Assembly (NCBI GenBank): GCA_964587425.1
Contig: CAZPLB010000002.1
Coordinates: 102,053-166,052 of the forward strand
Source of the DNA: an uncultured Gammaproteobacteria bacterium
GTDB lineage: Bacteria; Patescibacteriota; Microgenomatia; UBA8517
Reading direction: 5' to 3'
Length of the DNA stretch: 64,000 nucleotides
The translations under genes and the position numbers were made by a program. The notes under the pieces were generated by a model that saw only the letters and a list, made by a program, of their open reading frames with translations, did not search any database and was not told the DNA's origin. This document shows positions 18,667 through 29,783 of the stretch, in pieces (the first letter of the stretch is position 1; every line of letters starts with the position of its first letter).

Positions 18667-19710
18667 CTAGACATTAGCTATAGCTTTCAACAAAACGTCA
18701 GGTTTAATTGGCACACCATCAGGAACAATATTTAATCTCTCACTCATACCAAGCCAATTTGCCATACCGTTTACAGTCCTAACATAGTTAAGTGTGTTCA
18801 TTAGTGCGCTCCTCTCCCAACCACTTATGGGCCACATTCCTGTAACTTTATAAATTATCGATCTCGCCTCTTTCAACCTACTTCCGGACCTACAAATAGA
18901 AGGATGTAGTGCATCTATCAACTTATAAGTCCATTCTCCAAAACTGTCTTTAACAAAGACAACATTATCCTCTCCAACCAAATCTAATGTCTCCCCTGTA
19001 GTGTTAGTGTATTGAATTGCACGACTCAAAAAATCGCAAACAACATCCTTAAATCTGGGTTGGTTTTTGACAACTCCAAAAACTTTCTCCATCCTAGGGT
19101 ATACCTTTGCGAAATCAAAAATTGAAACTGTTCCAACATGTTTAACGTTTGACACTGCCTCAGTTGTCAATCTATGGTACGCATCTCTAACTTCTGGTAT
19201 ATGAATATCTGCATATCTCTCAGCATATCCCGAGGCCATAGATATTTTATCTGGGTTAAAAACTTCATGAGCTTTCTCTTGAATAGAGACCATACTCCAA
19301 ACATGTCCCAAAGAAAACTCTCTTACACAAGAAGGAGGGTTTTTTCCTTTTCTATATCTATCATATAACTCGCAAATTATTCGTTGATTAACAGGGATTT
19401 TTAGGTAGCAGCTCTGTTCACTCAATGTGTGTTCACTCCTAAAAAACTCCCTCAATTTTCCGAATCTTCTACTCTGCAGAGTAATTCTTTCTTTGGCATT
19501 ATCTCTATCTAATTGACCACATCCGTCTGAGCCTTGTTCTATATTTGTAAGCAATATATTAGCATCTACCTTAACCACCAGATCTGGATAAGAAGGTAAT
19601 TCGTAAACCAAATTCTGTCCACCTCTACCCAAAAACTGCGGCCCATACTTAGCAATTCTCCTGTGGGAGATGTCCGACACATCAAATTGTGAACTAAGAG
19701 TTTCAACCAT
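18667..19710 (-). CDS. atypical protein-kinase-like fold protein (possible glycan/small-molecule kinase)
   Basis: Gly-rich loop plus Lys: GRGGQNLVYELPSYPDLVVKV. Catalytic/metal-binding segment LDLVGEDNVVFVKDSFGEWTYKLIDALHP (D..N ... ID, the RIO/WaaP-like arrangement). Start chosen at MVETL; the ORF continues to 19812. Confidence 0.4.
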   Translation of the reverse strand: MVETLSSQFDVSDISHRRIAKYGPQFLGRGGQNLVYELPSYPDLVVKVDANILLTNIEQGSDGCGQLDRDNAKERITLQSRRFGKLREFFRSEHTLSEQSCYLKIPVNQRIICELYDRYRKGKNPPSCVREFSLGHVWSMVSIQEKAHEVFNPDKISMASGYAERYADIHIPEVRDAYHRLTTEAVSNVKHVGTVSIFDFAKVYPRMEKVFGVVKNQPRFKDVVCDFLSRAIQYTNTTGETLDLVGEDNVVFVKDSFGEWTYKLIDALHPSICRSGSRLKEARSIIYKVTGMWPISGWERSALMNTLNYVRTVNGMANWLGMSERLNIVPDGVPIKPDVLLKAIANV

Positions 19711-19786
19711 AAATTGTACGAAAAAGTACCAGATTCTAACACAAAAATGAATAAAACACTTAAAGAGGTTACACACAACCCAACTA

Positions 19787-21274
19787 TTACTTGATCTGTT
19801 GATGTAGGTCAATAATCACAAAAGTTCCATTTTTCTCCAAAGCTTTATATTTATTTAGCAGCTGATTAGTATCATTATCATAATTAACAGAAACATAATA
19901 GTCGGCTCCAGTTTTAATTAGTTCATCAAAACTGCGGTCAACAACGGGCCAGCCAAACCTATGAGTTTGATATAAAAATGTTGTATCTCCATTGTAGGGA
20001 GCAATAACTATTGCATCTTTCGGCAAAATTTCATCGGCTTTCATTCCCGCAGCCACAATCTCATAATGATTAACTTGATAGTTTCCCTTGACCTGGTACC
20101 ACCCCATTCCAAGCATCATAACTATACTAAAGATTAAAAATCCTTTCATGAGTAGTTTATTAAGCTCACTAGAATTCCAAATTCCAACTACCCCGCTTGC
20201 CAAAACTAGTGAGACAGCTGGAATAATTAATGTTTGGTAATAGTCATGTCTCACGTTTCCTGTAGCAAGAATACTCACATACAAAAACATTCCAAGGAGA
20301 GTTAAAACTATCGGCCAGTTTTTCTTTCTTAATATTCCAAACACAAATGGAAATAACCCCCACACACCTAAGATGAGATATCCAAGTCTTTCTCCAAATA
20401 TCCACCTCCAAAAAGCAGGCCTAAACCTAATACCATCATCATTGAAAAGCCAATTGAAAGCAGGAATTCCAATTGGAAATTTGTTCTCCCAAATTCTCCA
20501 CAAGAAAAATGGCATGAGTGCCAAATCAATCGCGAGTAGTAGATCCAATTTTTTGAAAATCTTTTTGTACCCAAACTTTTTTAAATATAGATATATATAA
20601 ATAGGTATGTAAAACAAAATAAATGGCTTCAAAAGCATTCCAAGTGCAAATAGGACAGCTGACAAAAAAAGCCCTGTTCTGGACTCTTTGTCTATGTATA
20701 CAATAAAAAACCAAATGGAAGAAATAATAAAAAAAACAGCCATTGGTTCAGGCAAAATTACACGGGTAAAGTAAATATTAAATGGAATAAAAGAATAAAA
20801 AAAAGCAGCCGACAATCCTCCCCATTTATTTATGAGCCGTTTTCCGATTAAATATAAAAAGAATGAAGTTCCGATACTGCATATAATAGAAATAAGCCTT
20901 CCCCACACTTCAAGACTAAATCTTGGCACAAGTTTGTATGCCCAAACATTAAGTAAATTAAAAATTGGAAACTCAACAAATCTCATCCCTTCAGGGTTAT
21001 AATTCCCAGTTTGGGTTGGAGAAAGATCATAATATTGCGGATGAAGTAAATCTATTCCTTTGTCAAGATAAATTCTACTAACTGATGCAGTATCTGCTTG
21101 TCTCCATGCGTGCCAATCACCAAGCGGGTTGTTAATTTTATATAGCCTCACTCCAAACGCACCAGCCAAAATTAAAAGAAGAACAAAATATTCAAACCAC
21201 ATTTTATTTGCTATTTTTCCTGCGATTCTAAATAAATTGGTTATTTTAGTTTTCAACTGTTTTATCTTTTTCAT
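19787..21274 (-). CDS. GT-C fold membrane glycosyltransferase (ArnT/PMT, GT39/83-like)
   Basis: At least 10 predicted TM helices. First-loop motif LGDWHAWRQADTASVSRIY resembles the ArnT/PMT acidic loop. 495 aa. Confidence 0.55.
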   Translation of the reverse strand: MKKIKQLKTKITNLFRIAGKIANKMWFEYFVLLLILAGAFGVRLYKINNPLGDWHAWRQADTASVSRIYLDKGIDLLHPQYYDLSPTQTGNYNPEGMRFVEFPIFNLLNVWAYKLVPRFSLEVWGRLISIICSIGTSFFLYLIGKRLINKWGGLSAAFFYSFIPFNIYFTRVILPEPMAVFFIISSIWFFIVYIDKESRTGLFLSAVLFALGMLLKPFILFYIPIYIYLYLKKFGYKKIFKKLDLLLAIDLALMPFFLWRIWENKFPIGIPAFNWLFNDDGIRFRPAFWRWIFGERLGYLILGVWGLFPFVFGILRKKNWPIVLTLLGMFLYVSILATGNVRHDYYQTLIIPAVSLVLASGVVGIWNSSELNKLLMKGFLIFSIVMMLGMGWYQVKGNYQVNHYEIVAAGMKADEILPKDAIVIAPYNGDTTFLYQTHRFGWPVVDRSFDELIKTGADYYVSVNYDNDTNQLLNKYKALEKNGTFVIIDLHQQIK

Positions 21275-22650
21275 AATTCATTTTTCAAGCTCTGCTTATC
21301 CACAATTAGTGCCACTCCAAATCCAATCATCAGCCAAAAGATAATAGCAAATTTAGACGCTTCAAATATATCGATAAAAAGTGCATTCATCAGTAGTCCA
21401 GGTATCGCACCAATCAATCCTGCCAAATATGCAGTCCTGAAATCAATTTCCTTTGGAAAAGGAAGCTGGCTTAGAAACTTCTTAATCACGCGGTAAAAAA
21501 CAAAGACAATTGAGATAACACCCAGTATTCCAGTTTCACCAAGTGCTCGAAGGTAATCACTATCTGTAGCAAGAGTTATAGATGAATACCCCGTCCCTAA
21601 AAGTGGATTTTTCATGAAAGCACGAATAGCTCGAGGCCACTCAACATTTGTGCGAATTGAAGTTGATAAATCTTGAAGAGGAACAGGCATTGAAGGCTGT
21701 GTCTCCTCTGCAAATGCAGTCTTAATCAAAGTCATTTTTTTCAAAAGCACATCTAAGATGTTTACATATCTATTCAGTAAGTTGCTTGTCAAAAGAATAA
21801 AAAGAAAAGTGGTAACCACAATAAGTGGAATGAATTTATATTTCCTTATCAGAAAAAGTGTTAGAGAAACACTCACTATATATGAAACTGCAGATATCCT
21901 TGAGGCTGCGTTAACCAAGAGCCAAAAGGACATAATCAGGATGGAAAGGATTATTCCACGAACCAACTTTTCATTTCCCTTTATAAATTTCTCCAAAAAT
22001 TCTCTTTTCATGAATAGTAATGCAGCAAAAATTGGAGAAGTTAATATTATGTATGTGGCAAGGTCATAGTGTCCTGCAAATGTTGAGGCTAAGTGTCCTC
22101 CTTGAACATATCGAAGCGCAATACCTTTTGAATACTCCTCGTTTTGAGTAGTAATAACAGGCCAAGTCAGATATTTTTGCCCTAAACCGAAAATAGTAAC
22201 AACAAGTATGACTATCCCAACACACTTCATGTAAAATTCTAAATCCTTTTGATTCTTTAATGATGTTAAAGCTATGAAAAAGCACATTAGATACTCAACC
22301 CGTCTCCCCCACTGAAGTATTGCAACATTTGGAAGAACTGTATGGGTCAAAAATATTGCGGAGAGTGTTGAAACAAGGCTCACTGCAAGAAAAAGTACGA
22401 CAGCGCGAACTACATTGTTTGCCCAGAAGCTCTTCAAATTGGGGATTACCTTCACAAACCAAAGAAGTGTAACGGCAAGAATTAAAAAGTCTTCCAAACG
22501 AATGGAAACATAAATACCAGGAACACGAAGAAATGGAAACTTAGGGTAAATTGGAACTGCAAGGATAATAGCAGCTATTCCAACTTTCAATGCTGTATCT
22601 AAATCAAACCTTTTCTTCAAATTCTTAAGCCTCTGTAAATGCTTTAGCAT
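21271..22650 (-). CDS. O-antigen ligase/polymerase-like (Wzy_C-type) membrane protein
   Basis: Polytopic. Motif DSDYLRALGETGILGVISIV resembles the Wzy_C signature (hNxyL..l.E.G..G). Confidence 0.45.
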   Translation of the reverse strand: MLKHLQRLKNLKKRFDLDTALKVGIAAIILAVPIYPKFPFLRVPGIYVSIRLEDFLILAVTLLWFVKVIPNLKSFWANNVVRAVVLFLAVSLVSTLSAIFLTHTVLPNVAILQWGRRVEYLMCFFIALTSLKNQKDLEFYMKCVGIVILVVTIFGLGQKYLTWPVITTQNEEYSKGIALRYVQGGHLASTFAGHYDLATYIILTSPIFAALLFMKREFLEKFIKGNEKLVRGIILSILIMSFWLLVNAASRISAVSYIVSVSLTLFLIRKYKFIPLIVVTTFLFILLTSNLLNRYVNILDVLLKKMTLIKTAFAEETQPSMPVPLQDLSTSIRTNVEWPRAIRAFMKNPLLGTGYSSITLATDSDYLRALGETGILGVISIVFVFYRVIKKFLSQLPFPKEIDFRTAYLAGLIGAIPGLLMNALFIDIFEASKFAIIFWLMIGFGVALIVDKQSLKNEL

Positions 22651-23524
22651 AAATTTTAAATGACTCGCTTCCCTCCAGTATACCCAGGACCATCATCCTT
22701 CCTAAAGCACCAATTTTAAGGAGTAATCTAAGGATCGGAAACTGCCAAGCTGGATAGTGTTTTTTATAAAATGTCTTCACCCCTTTATATTCAGAAATAA
22801 TTGGAAACTCGCGAGTTGTGCTGCTTTTCCCTCCAAAATGGGTTATAGACCATTTTGGATTATAAATCACTTTCCACCCATGCTGTTTTGCCCTAAAACA
22901 AAAATCAGTATCTTCAGTATACATAAAGTACCCTTCATCTAGTCCCCCTACTTCATCAATAACTTTTGTCCTAATCATCATGAAGGCTCCCGTCACCCAA
23001 TCTAATTCCTTTTCCTTTTTGTAAAAATCATCATTTTTTGCAAAGCTTTTCTCTTTGCTTGGATGAAATGGCTTGATAATTTTGTCAACAAATAGAAGAT
23101 CTTGGATAGTCATCCATGAAAAAACTCGGGTGAGGGTTGGAAAGTAACCGCCGGTCCCCTGAACACTCCCGTCTTCATTTTTTAAAGTACACGTTGCAAC
23201 ACCAATCTTCTCATTCTCATCAAGCCAATTAACCATCTCTCCCAACACATTGTCTTGTATTAATGTATCTGAATTAAGAAGAAGTGTATATCTGCCCGTT
23301 GCAGTCTTAATTCCCTGATTATTAGCTTTTGAATACCCTACATTCTCTTTATTCCTCAGAATCTTCACTCCCTCACACTTCTGTATTTCATCCTTGGTAC
23401 TATTCTCAACCAAGATGACTTCATATTTTATGTTGCGGGTGAAGCTTTTAATCGAATCAATACAATTAAGAGTAAGCTCTTTTGTATTAAAGTTGACTAT
23501 TACAATGGACAGATCAGTTGACAT
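22625..23524 (-). CDS. GT2 glycosyltransferase
   Basis: LSIVIVNFNTKELTLNCIDSI, then LLNSDTLI. Confidence 0.8.
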   Translation of the reverse strand: MSTDLSIVIVNFNTKELTLNCIDSIKSFTRNIKYEVILVENSTKDEIQKCEGVKILRNKENVGYSKANNQGIKTATGRYTLLLNSDTLIQDNVLGEMVNWLDENEKIGVATCTLKNEDGSVQGTGGYFPTLTRVFSWMTIQDLLFVDKIIKPFHPSKEKSFAKNDDFYKKEKELDWVTGAFMMIRTKVIDEVGGLDEGYFMYTEDTDFCFRAKQHGWKVIYNPKWSITHFGGKSSTTREFPIISEYKGVKTFYKKHYPAWQFPILRLLLKIGALGRMMVLGILEGSESFKIYAKAFTEA

Positions 23525-24026
23525 ACTCCTTCACCATCCAAAACATCAAACCTAAGGTAATAATCCCAACCAAAACTCTCAAAATAATGCTTCCTGGAAC
23601 ATATTTTATAGTTATCTTCTCCTCATAATGAATTCCCTTATACCAAATATCATCTTTAGCAACTTGCGGTATAAATCCATTTATATATAGTGACTCACGA
23701 AATGGATGAACAAGTTCTTCAAGATAGTAACTCCTAGTCTGGTCGCGAATCAGGGTTTGTGCATCCTCAGGTGGGTAATTAAGTCTCAGAGTAAAATTTT
23801 TATATCTAAATTGATTTTGATAGTGTGCAATTATCTGTTCCCGAGTGTAGTTGGTAAAGTAAGCCCTCCTGAACGTAGATTCTATATCGGCATCCTCCAT
23901 TGACTGAACTGCTCCAGGTGGAGGTTCTGGAAATTTGGGGGAGGGAACCAGGAGATAAACGAAAAAACCAACAGAAAAAGCCAAAAGTCCTATATACAAC
24001 AGTCGTCTAATCAACTTTTCCATCAT
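23514..24026 (-). CDS. membrane protein, hypothetical
   Basis: TM segments at both termini. Stop/start overlap with the GT2 upstream. Confidence 0.4.
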   Translation of the reverse strand: MMEKLIRRLLYIGLLAFSVGFFVYLLVPSPKFPEPPPGAVQSMEDADIESTFRRAYFTNYTREQIIAHYQNQFRYKNFTLRLNYPPEDAQTLIRDQTRSYYLEELVHPFRESLYINGFIPQVAKDDIWYKGIHYEEKITIKYVPGSIILRVLVGIITLGLMFWMVKEYVN

Positions 24027-24047
24027 CTATGATATTATACTATCAAA

Positions 24048-24692
24048 ATGATAAAAGCAGTTATCTTTGATTACGACGACACACTGGTTCAAACAATGAA
24101 GTCAAAATGGGACGCAATACGCGAAACTGGCAAACGTTTCTATAATCTTGACATTACTAATGACCAAATCAAAAAATTCTGGGGTCAAGCATACCAAGAA
24201 ATGCTTTCAGGTTCACTAATGAATATCGATACGTTTGAAAATTTAAAAAAACACTACGAAGAAACCACAAAGGAATTCCCAATGGAAGCCTATCCAGACG
24301 CGCTTGAAACAATTAAAAAACTGCTTGGAGAGTATAAAGTTGGAATCGTCACTGCTAGTGGAAAAAATCTAGTAATTGATGATTTAACTATGTTGAAATT
24401 TCCTGTCAAAAAATTCTTCTACATTCAAACATCAGAAGATACTGGAGTCCATAAACCAGACCCAAAAGTTTTTGTACCAATTTTACAAAGACTTAAGGCC
24501 ATAAACATAGACCAAAATGATGTTATTTACATTGGAGACTCAACTCGAGATTGGTTAGCAGCAAGAGATGCTGGGATTAAATTTATTGGCATAGCTCACG
24601 GCGGAAGCAGCACAAGAGATGAATTTCAAAAAGAGAACTCTAAAATTCTTGATCACCTGTCAGAAATTCCAGAAGCACTAATTAGTTATTGA
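24048..24692 (+). CDS. HAD-superfamily hydrolase (phosphatase)
   Basis: Motif I VIFDYDDTLV. Motif IV IGDSTRDWLAARDAG. Confidence 0.75.
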   Translation: MIKAVIFDYDDTLVQTMKSKWDAIRETGKRFYNLDITNDQIKKFWGQAYQEMLSGSLMNIDTFENLKKHYEETTKEFPMEAYPDALETIKKLLGEYKVGIVTASGKNLVIDDLTMLKFPVKKFFYIQTSEDTGVHKPDPKVFVPILQRLKAINIDQNDVIYIGDSTRDWLAARDAGIKFIGIAHGGSSTRDEFQKENSKILDHLSEIPEALISY

Positions 24693-25240
24693 AAAAGTCT
24701 TGCCCTACCAAGTCTATAATGTAAATCTTTATTTTCCCTCTCAGAAATAAACTTTGCTGGAACCCCTCCAACAATTGCAAAGTCGTCAACATCCTTCGTA
24801 ACAACTGCCCCTGCTGCAACAACAGCCCCTTTGCCAATTTTAACTCCCGGCAAAATTATTGCTCTTGGTCCAATAAAAACATAATCTCCAATACTAACCG
24901 GTTCAACTCTCGCTTTAAATTCAGGACTTTCTAAATCATGTTCTGAGTTATAAATCATTACACTCGATGCCATATCAACATGGTCTCCAATAATTAGTTT
25001 TGCCCTACCATCAAAAAAAGCATGGTCTCCAATAATAGTATCTTTCCCAATTACCAAATTCTTCAAAGAAAAAAATCTCACCCCGGTATGAATACTTGTT
25101 CCACTCCCAATAGTAGCTCCAGCCAAACGCATTAAAAAGCGTCTGATGTGGTGAGATGGAATCTTCACCAAACAATAAAGAAAATAAAGACAGAAGTCTG
25201 CTAGATAATTGTATAGTCTATTAATAATTTTATTTATCAT
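24686..25240 (-). CDS. hexapeptide-repeat (LbH) acetyltransferase
   Basis: Repeated [LIV]GxxxxI hexapeptides: IGDHAFFDGRAKLIIGDHVDM, IGDYVFIGPRAIILPGVKIGKGAVVAAGAVV. Confidence 0.8.
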   Translation of the reverse strand: MINKIINRLYNYLADFCLYFLYCLVKIPSHHIRRFLMRLAGATIGSGTSIHTGVRFFSLKNLVIGKDTIIGDHAFFDGRAKLIIGDHVDMASSVMIYNSEHDLESPEFKARVEPVSIGDYVFIGPRAIILPGVKIGKGAVVAAGAVVTKDVDDFAIVGGVPAKFISERENKDLHYRLGRARLFQ

Positions 25241-25250
25241 AAAAAAATAA

Positions 25251-26456
25251 CTAGTTCTTCGTTGCCGCTTTTATCAAAGTCTCAAGTGTCTTTCTTCCCG
25301 TTTCATCCCAGTCAAATTTTCTTGATTGAACAAGTCCTTTGACTACCATTCTATTATATTCTTTCTTCTCCATTTTAAGAACTCTCTCTATGACCCCAGC
25401 TATTTCATCAGTATTATTTGGATCAATCAAAAATCCTGCATCCCCAACAACTTCAGGAATACTTCCGACGTTACTTGCAACAACTGGTATTCCCGTTGCC
25501 ATCGCCTCAAGTGCTGTTAATCCAAACCCTTCATAAAAAGAAGGAAGGGCAAATACCTTTGCACCTCCTAGTAAAAGCGCCTTTTCTGTCTCAGTTACAA
25601 AATCTGTGAAAATAACTTTCTCCGCAAGATTTAGTTCCTTTACTTTTTCAAAAATACTCTCATATAACCAACCTTTCTTTCCCACAACAACAAGGGAAAT
25701 TCCTGGAAACTCGTTCACAATTTGTTTCCATGCAGTCAGTAGCCCTTCCAAGTTCTTACTTGGCTTAAGTGTCCCTAAGAACAAAACATAGTCGTTTACT
25801 ATAGAGTATCGCTTTTTAACGCCCTCAATGAGACCTCTCTCCTTGGTAGTTGTCATCGCGTGGTACCTCTCCTTGTCATACCCAGGGTATGTAACCACAA
25901 CTTTACTTGGTTGAACACCATAATGTCGTACAATGTCTTGTTTCGTGCTCTCCGAAATGCAAATGATATACTTTGATACCTTCATAGACCAAGCAGTCCA
26001 GTATTTCAACTGCCAAAAGTCCCTTTTTGTAAATTGTGCCGAACTTTCGAGGTATCCTAGGTCCATAATCGAGCATACTGAAGGTATAGGAGAAAATAGT
26101 GGTAAGTAGTGGCTTGGAGTAAAGAAGACATCCGACCTCTTCTTGGTCATACTTGATCTGTAGAGGTACGGCATAAGCTTGGTAACTATCCAGAGTCCAC
26201 TCCCGCCAATGACTTCATACTTAAAATGCTCAGTGGGTTGAGGCATATCATCAATTGGTGTATTACGAAGATATACAGTCACACTTATGGGGTGATTATT
26301 GGTGTTCCAAGGTTGGACATCTAACTCGTTAGCCATTTCTTCACCATTAACAAGCCTCCAAATAGACCAAAGTAGCTCAAAGGCATACTGATTTACCCCA
26401 ACTCTGTTTTCAAGGTTTGCCTCATTGCCGTCAACACCTATTAAGATTTGCTTCAT
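25251..26456 (-). CDS. GT4 glycosyltransferase
   Basis: [20 protein letters not shown]. Confidence 0.8.
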   Translation of the reverse strand: MKQILIGVDGNEANLENRVGVNQYAFELLWSIWRLVNGEEMANELDVQPWNTNNHPISVTVYLRNTPIDDMPQPTEHFKYEVIGGSGLWIVTKLMPYLYRSSMTKKRSDVFFTPSHYLPLFSPIPSVCSIMDLGYLESSAQFTKRDFWQLKYWTAWSMKVSKYIICISESTKQDIVRHYGVQPSKVVVTYPGYDKERYHAMTTTKERGLIEGVKKRYSIVNDYVLFLGTLKPSKNLEGLLTAWKQIVNEFPGISLVVVGKKGWLYESIFEKVKELNLAEKVIFTDFVTETEKALLLGGAKVFALPSFYEGFGLTALEAMATGIPVVASNVGSIPEVVGDAGFLIDPNNTDEIAGVIERVLKMEKKEYNRMVVKGLVQSRKFDWDETGRKTLETLIKAATKN

Positions 26457-27607
26457 ATATTCTGCACGCCTCCACTAACTTCCGCATTCGGAAAACGACC
26501 TTCACTATATACTTCCAAGGTTTTCTTTGCAGTCTCCTCCCAACTGTACTTTTTCACTTCAACAAATCCTTTCTTCTGCAAAGTTTTCTTGTGTTCCAAC
26601 AAATATTTTATCCCTTCTGCAATCGACAAAACATCATCTGGGTCAACGAGTGTTGCAGCACCTCCCGCCACTTCCTCCATGCTCGAGCGGTTTGATGTGA
26701 GGACTGGACACCCACAGGCAAATGCCTCAAGTATGGGAAGTCCAAACCCTTCATAAAGAGATGGGTAGAGAAGTCCTTCAGCCCCACTATAAAGTGCCGG
26801 TCTATCTGCATCTGGTACAAAACCAAGTAGACTAATCCCTCTTGTCTCCCCCAAAGTTACTTGTGGATTTCCAATCAAAACTAATTTTAATTCTCCTGTT
26901 CTAATTTTGGAAAAAGCCTCAACTATTCTCCTCGTATTTTTCCTTGCATTTATCCCAACTCCCAATAAATACTTACCTCGAATTCCATATTTTCTTTTGA
27001 CCCGCTCAATCTCCTCACTACTTTGCTCATTGAAAATTTCACTTGGCGCCTCGGGTATAACTCTGATCTTTGACTCATCAACACCAAACTTAATTAGATC
27101 CATCCGTGTTGCATTGGATGGAACAATAATGCGGTCAACTTCCTCTTTCACACGAGTCAGTTTAACTAGGTGAGTGTGCACTATTTTTCTAGGAGTTAAA
27201 TTTGGGAAAAGAATTGGAGCCAAATCATGAACTGTAGTAACTTTGAAAGCAGAGCTAGGTGGTTGACTCCAATCACTTGAGTGAAACACATCAACCTTTC
27301 CAATCAACTTTTCAATCGGCAGCAAATGAAGTCTGTTCCACATAAAATCAGAAAGAGTAGGTGGAATTAAAAATTGTTTTAATTGAAAACGGGGACCCAG
27401 TGCCAAACTAGAAATAACATTTTTTAAGTATTCTCCACGTCTCAAACTCCCGCCAAAAAGAACATATTCGTTTTCAGCATCAATTCTTGAAAGATTCCTT
27501 AAAAGCAGCTTTGTATACTCAGCTACCCCTGTTCCATATACTACCTGTGAGACATCAATTGCCACCCTCATAAGAGAATTGTAGCCTAGTTTGAGCCATA
27601 TCTCCAT
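26453..27607 (-). CDS. GT4 glycosyltransferase
   Basis: EGFGLPILEAFACGCPVLTS. Confidence 0.8.
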   Translation of the reverse strand: MEIWLKLGYNSLMRVAIDVSQVVYGTGVAEYTKLLLRNLSRIDAENEYVLFGGSLRRGEYLKNVISSLALGPRFQLKQFLIPPTLSDFMWNRLHLLPIEKLIGKVDVFHSSDWSQPPSSAFKVTTVHDLAPILFPNLTPRKIVHTHLVKLTRVKEEVDRIIVPSNATRMDLIKFGVDESKIRVIPEAPSEIFNEQSSEEIERVKRKYGIRGKYLLGVGINARKNTRRIVEAFSKIRTGELKLVLIGNPQVTLGETRGISLLGFVPDADRPALYSGAEGLLYPSLYEGFGLPILEAFACGCPVLTSNRSSMEEVAGGAATLVDPDDVLSIAEGIKYLLEHKKTLQKKGFVEVKKYSWEETAKKTLEVYSEGRFPNAEVSGGVQNI

Positions 27608-28944
27608 ACAACCACACCATTGAAATCAAGCTCCTGCTGCATTTTGTACCCTAAACCTTCAACTGTTTTTCTTGTTAAATCCGAAGGGTCTGAAATAGGT
27701 TGCGCGTAGCGAATAAGGAAAACCTCTTTTTCGCGTTTACCTAAATCATTGGGTTCAACAATTTTTGCATCAGGGTTGTAATATAAATATGCCTCTCTTT
27801 GAGATTCTGCAGGAAAGATAACTACATTGTGTCCGATAAATAAGGCAGCACTCCTCCAATCTTCCCTCCAGTAGTTTTTATTAAACAGGTAAATTCCACT
27901 AAAAAATAGGTTCAAGGCTACAACAATAACCAAAAGTGTAACTCTTACCCTTTTATTTTTTATGCTTTGTAAACCACTAGCCAAAATCAAATAGAGAGCG
28001 GGGAGTACAAATAAAAATCTGAAGTAGTTGAGTATTGGTATTTTGATGCTGATTAGTATCCCCAATCCTATTGGAACAATTAACCACATCCAAACAAGCT
28101 TCAGTTTCCCAACCTCTCTTCTAGATTTAAATATCAGATATCCAAAAAGAAGCGAAACCAGTGTAACTATTAATCCATATAGAAGCTTGTCATCAAACCC
28201 CACTCTTCCAATCATAAATTTAATTGGTATAAGTAAAATTTCCTTTAATGAAAAAATTCCCAAAGATTGTGCCCATAAAGAAATAGGTGAGACCATCAAT
28301 CCAGAATTAAACTGCCTCAAAAAGATTGGCAGCCACGCTGCTGCAAAAACACCCAATATAATGTGCGACCCAACTAACTTACTGAACCAAATTTTATCTT
28401 TTCTGTAAATAATTCCATAAATCCAGAAAACTGGCAAAATAAGTAATGCAACATAGTCGGTCATCCCAATGAGTGCAATTAAAACACCAAACACCAGCCA
28501 GTTCCCTACTCTATCGCTTTTCAAAATTTTCACGAATGAAAAGATTAGGCATGAAACTAAAAATGCAGTCATCGAATACATTCTGGCTTCTTGTGAGTAG
28601 TAAATATGAAGTCCAGAAGTGGCAAGCAGTAAACCAGCCACAATTCCAGCCTGCTTATCAATAATATTTCTGCCAATTAAATAGATAACATATATTGTAA
28701 GCACTCCAAAAATAATTGATGGCATTCTCCCTACAATCTCAGACGATCCAAAAATATCTACCCAAACCTTCATAAATAGATAGTAGAAAGGTGGATGAAA
28801 ATCACCTGGAGAAAACTTATTGATAATGTCACCAAAGGGAAAACTCCTGGCAACATTCATTGTTGTTGCCTCATCAATCCACAAAGATTGGTTCAAACTA
28901 ATAAATCTAAGCACTAAACCAAGTAGAAGAGTAAAAATAATCAT
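27586..28944 (-). CDS. GT-C fold membrane glycosyltransferase (ArnT/PMT-like, GT39/83)
   Basis: LNQSLWIDEATTMNVARSF first-loop DE motif. More than 10 TM helices. 452 aa. Confidence 0.7.
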   Translation of the reverse strand: MIIFTLLLGLVLRFISLNQSLWIDEATTMNVARSFPFGDIINKFSPGDFHPPFYYLFMKVWVDIFGSSEIVGRMPSIIFGVLTIYVIYLIGRNIIDKQAGIVAGLLLATSGLHIYYSQEARMYSMTAFLVSCLIFSFVKILKSDRVGNWLVFGVLIALIGMTDYVALLILPVFWIYGIIYRKDKIWFSKLVGSHIILGVFAAAWLPIFLRQFNSGLMVSPISLWAQSLGIFSLKEILLIPIKFMIGRVGFDDKLLYGLIVTLVSLLFGYLIFKSRREVGKLKLVWMWLIVPIGLGILISIKIPILNYFRFLFVLPALYLILASGLQSIKNKRVRVTLLVIVVALNLFFSGIYLFNKNYWREDWRSAALFIGHNVVIFPAESQREAYLYYNPDAKIVEPNDLGKREKEVFLIRYAQPISDPSDLTRKTVEGLGYKMQQELDFNGVVVWRYGSN

Positions 28945-29783
28945 TTAGATGTTTTTCCTGTAGCAATCATCTCAAATATCCCAATAAAAATACCAAAATC
29001 GTAAACCAGCTTAAAAAAAACAAATCTTAATTCAGAATTGTGAATACTTTTATATAAACCAATCAAAATAGAAACTGGAAGCGAACTTCTCAAAAGCGCA
29101 ACCAAAACCCCTATAATTCCCAATTTATAGCTTCTTTTTCCAACCCATCTGGCCTGAGCAAAAACCTCGCCCAAGGTTTCAGGATTTTTGTGGTAAAAAA
29201 TTGCGTCGGGTACCGCCACTGCTTCATAACCAAGTTTGTCGCTCAATGTCCAATCATCCGTATACCCAGCCTTTTCATCAAATCCACTTACCTTCTCAAA
29301 TTCAATTTTTAGAATTGCCCTGAAAACTTTTTGGTGATCTGGGTAATCATCTGGCAAACGCCTTTTAGTGAATAAATTATTATTGAAATTCCAACACTTT
29401 GCCCAGACATTATCCCAGTTGCTAACATACTCCTCCCTACTGAAGGTTCCTTTGGCTTTATCTTGTTCGATAGGCTCGATCAATTTCTGTAAGAATTTTG
29501 GGTCAAAAGTCATATCAGAGTCAACAAATATTAAAATCTTTCCTTTCGTATGTTTCACTCCCAAATTCCTTGCAGCCCCTGCTCCTTTATGTTTTTGAGT
29601 AAAAACTTTTAGCTTGTATTTTTCTTCAACTCCATTTAGTAGTGATAATGTCGTGTCAGTTGACCCATCATCAACTACAATAATTTCAAAATCTTTGAAA
29701 GTTTGTTCAGAAAGTGAATCAAGACACGAAAGAATATCTTTCTCCTCGTTGTATGTTGGTATAACTACAGAAACATTAACCAT
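28941..29783 (-). CDS. GT2 glycosyltransferase with C-terminal TM segments
   Basis: VSVVIPTYNEEKDILSCLDSL, IVVDDGSTD, FVDSDM. Hydrophobic C-terminus. Confidence 0.75.
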   Translation of the reverse strand: MVNVSVVIPTYNEEKDILSCLDSLSEQTFKDFEIIVVDDGSTDTTLSLLNGVEEKYKLKVFTQKHKGAGAARNLGVKHTKGKILIFVDSDMTFDPKFLQKLIEPIEQDKAKGTFSREEYVSNWDNVWAKCWNFNNNLFTKRRLPDDYPDHQKVFRAILKIEFEKVSGFDEKAGYTDDWTLSDKLGYEAVAVPDAIFYHKNPETLGEVFAQARWVGKRSYKLGIIGVLVALLRSSLPVSILIGLYKSIHNSELRFVFFKLVYDFGIFIGIFEMIATGKTSK

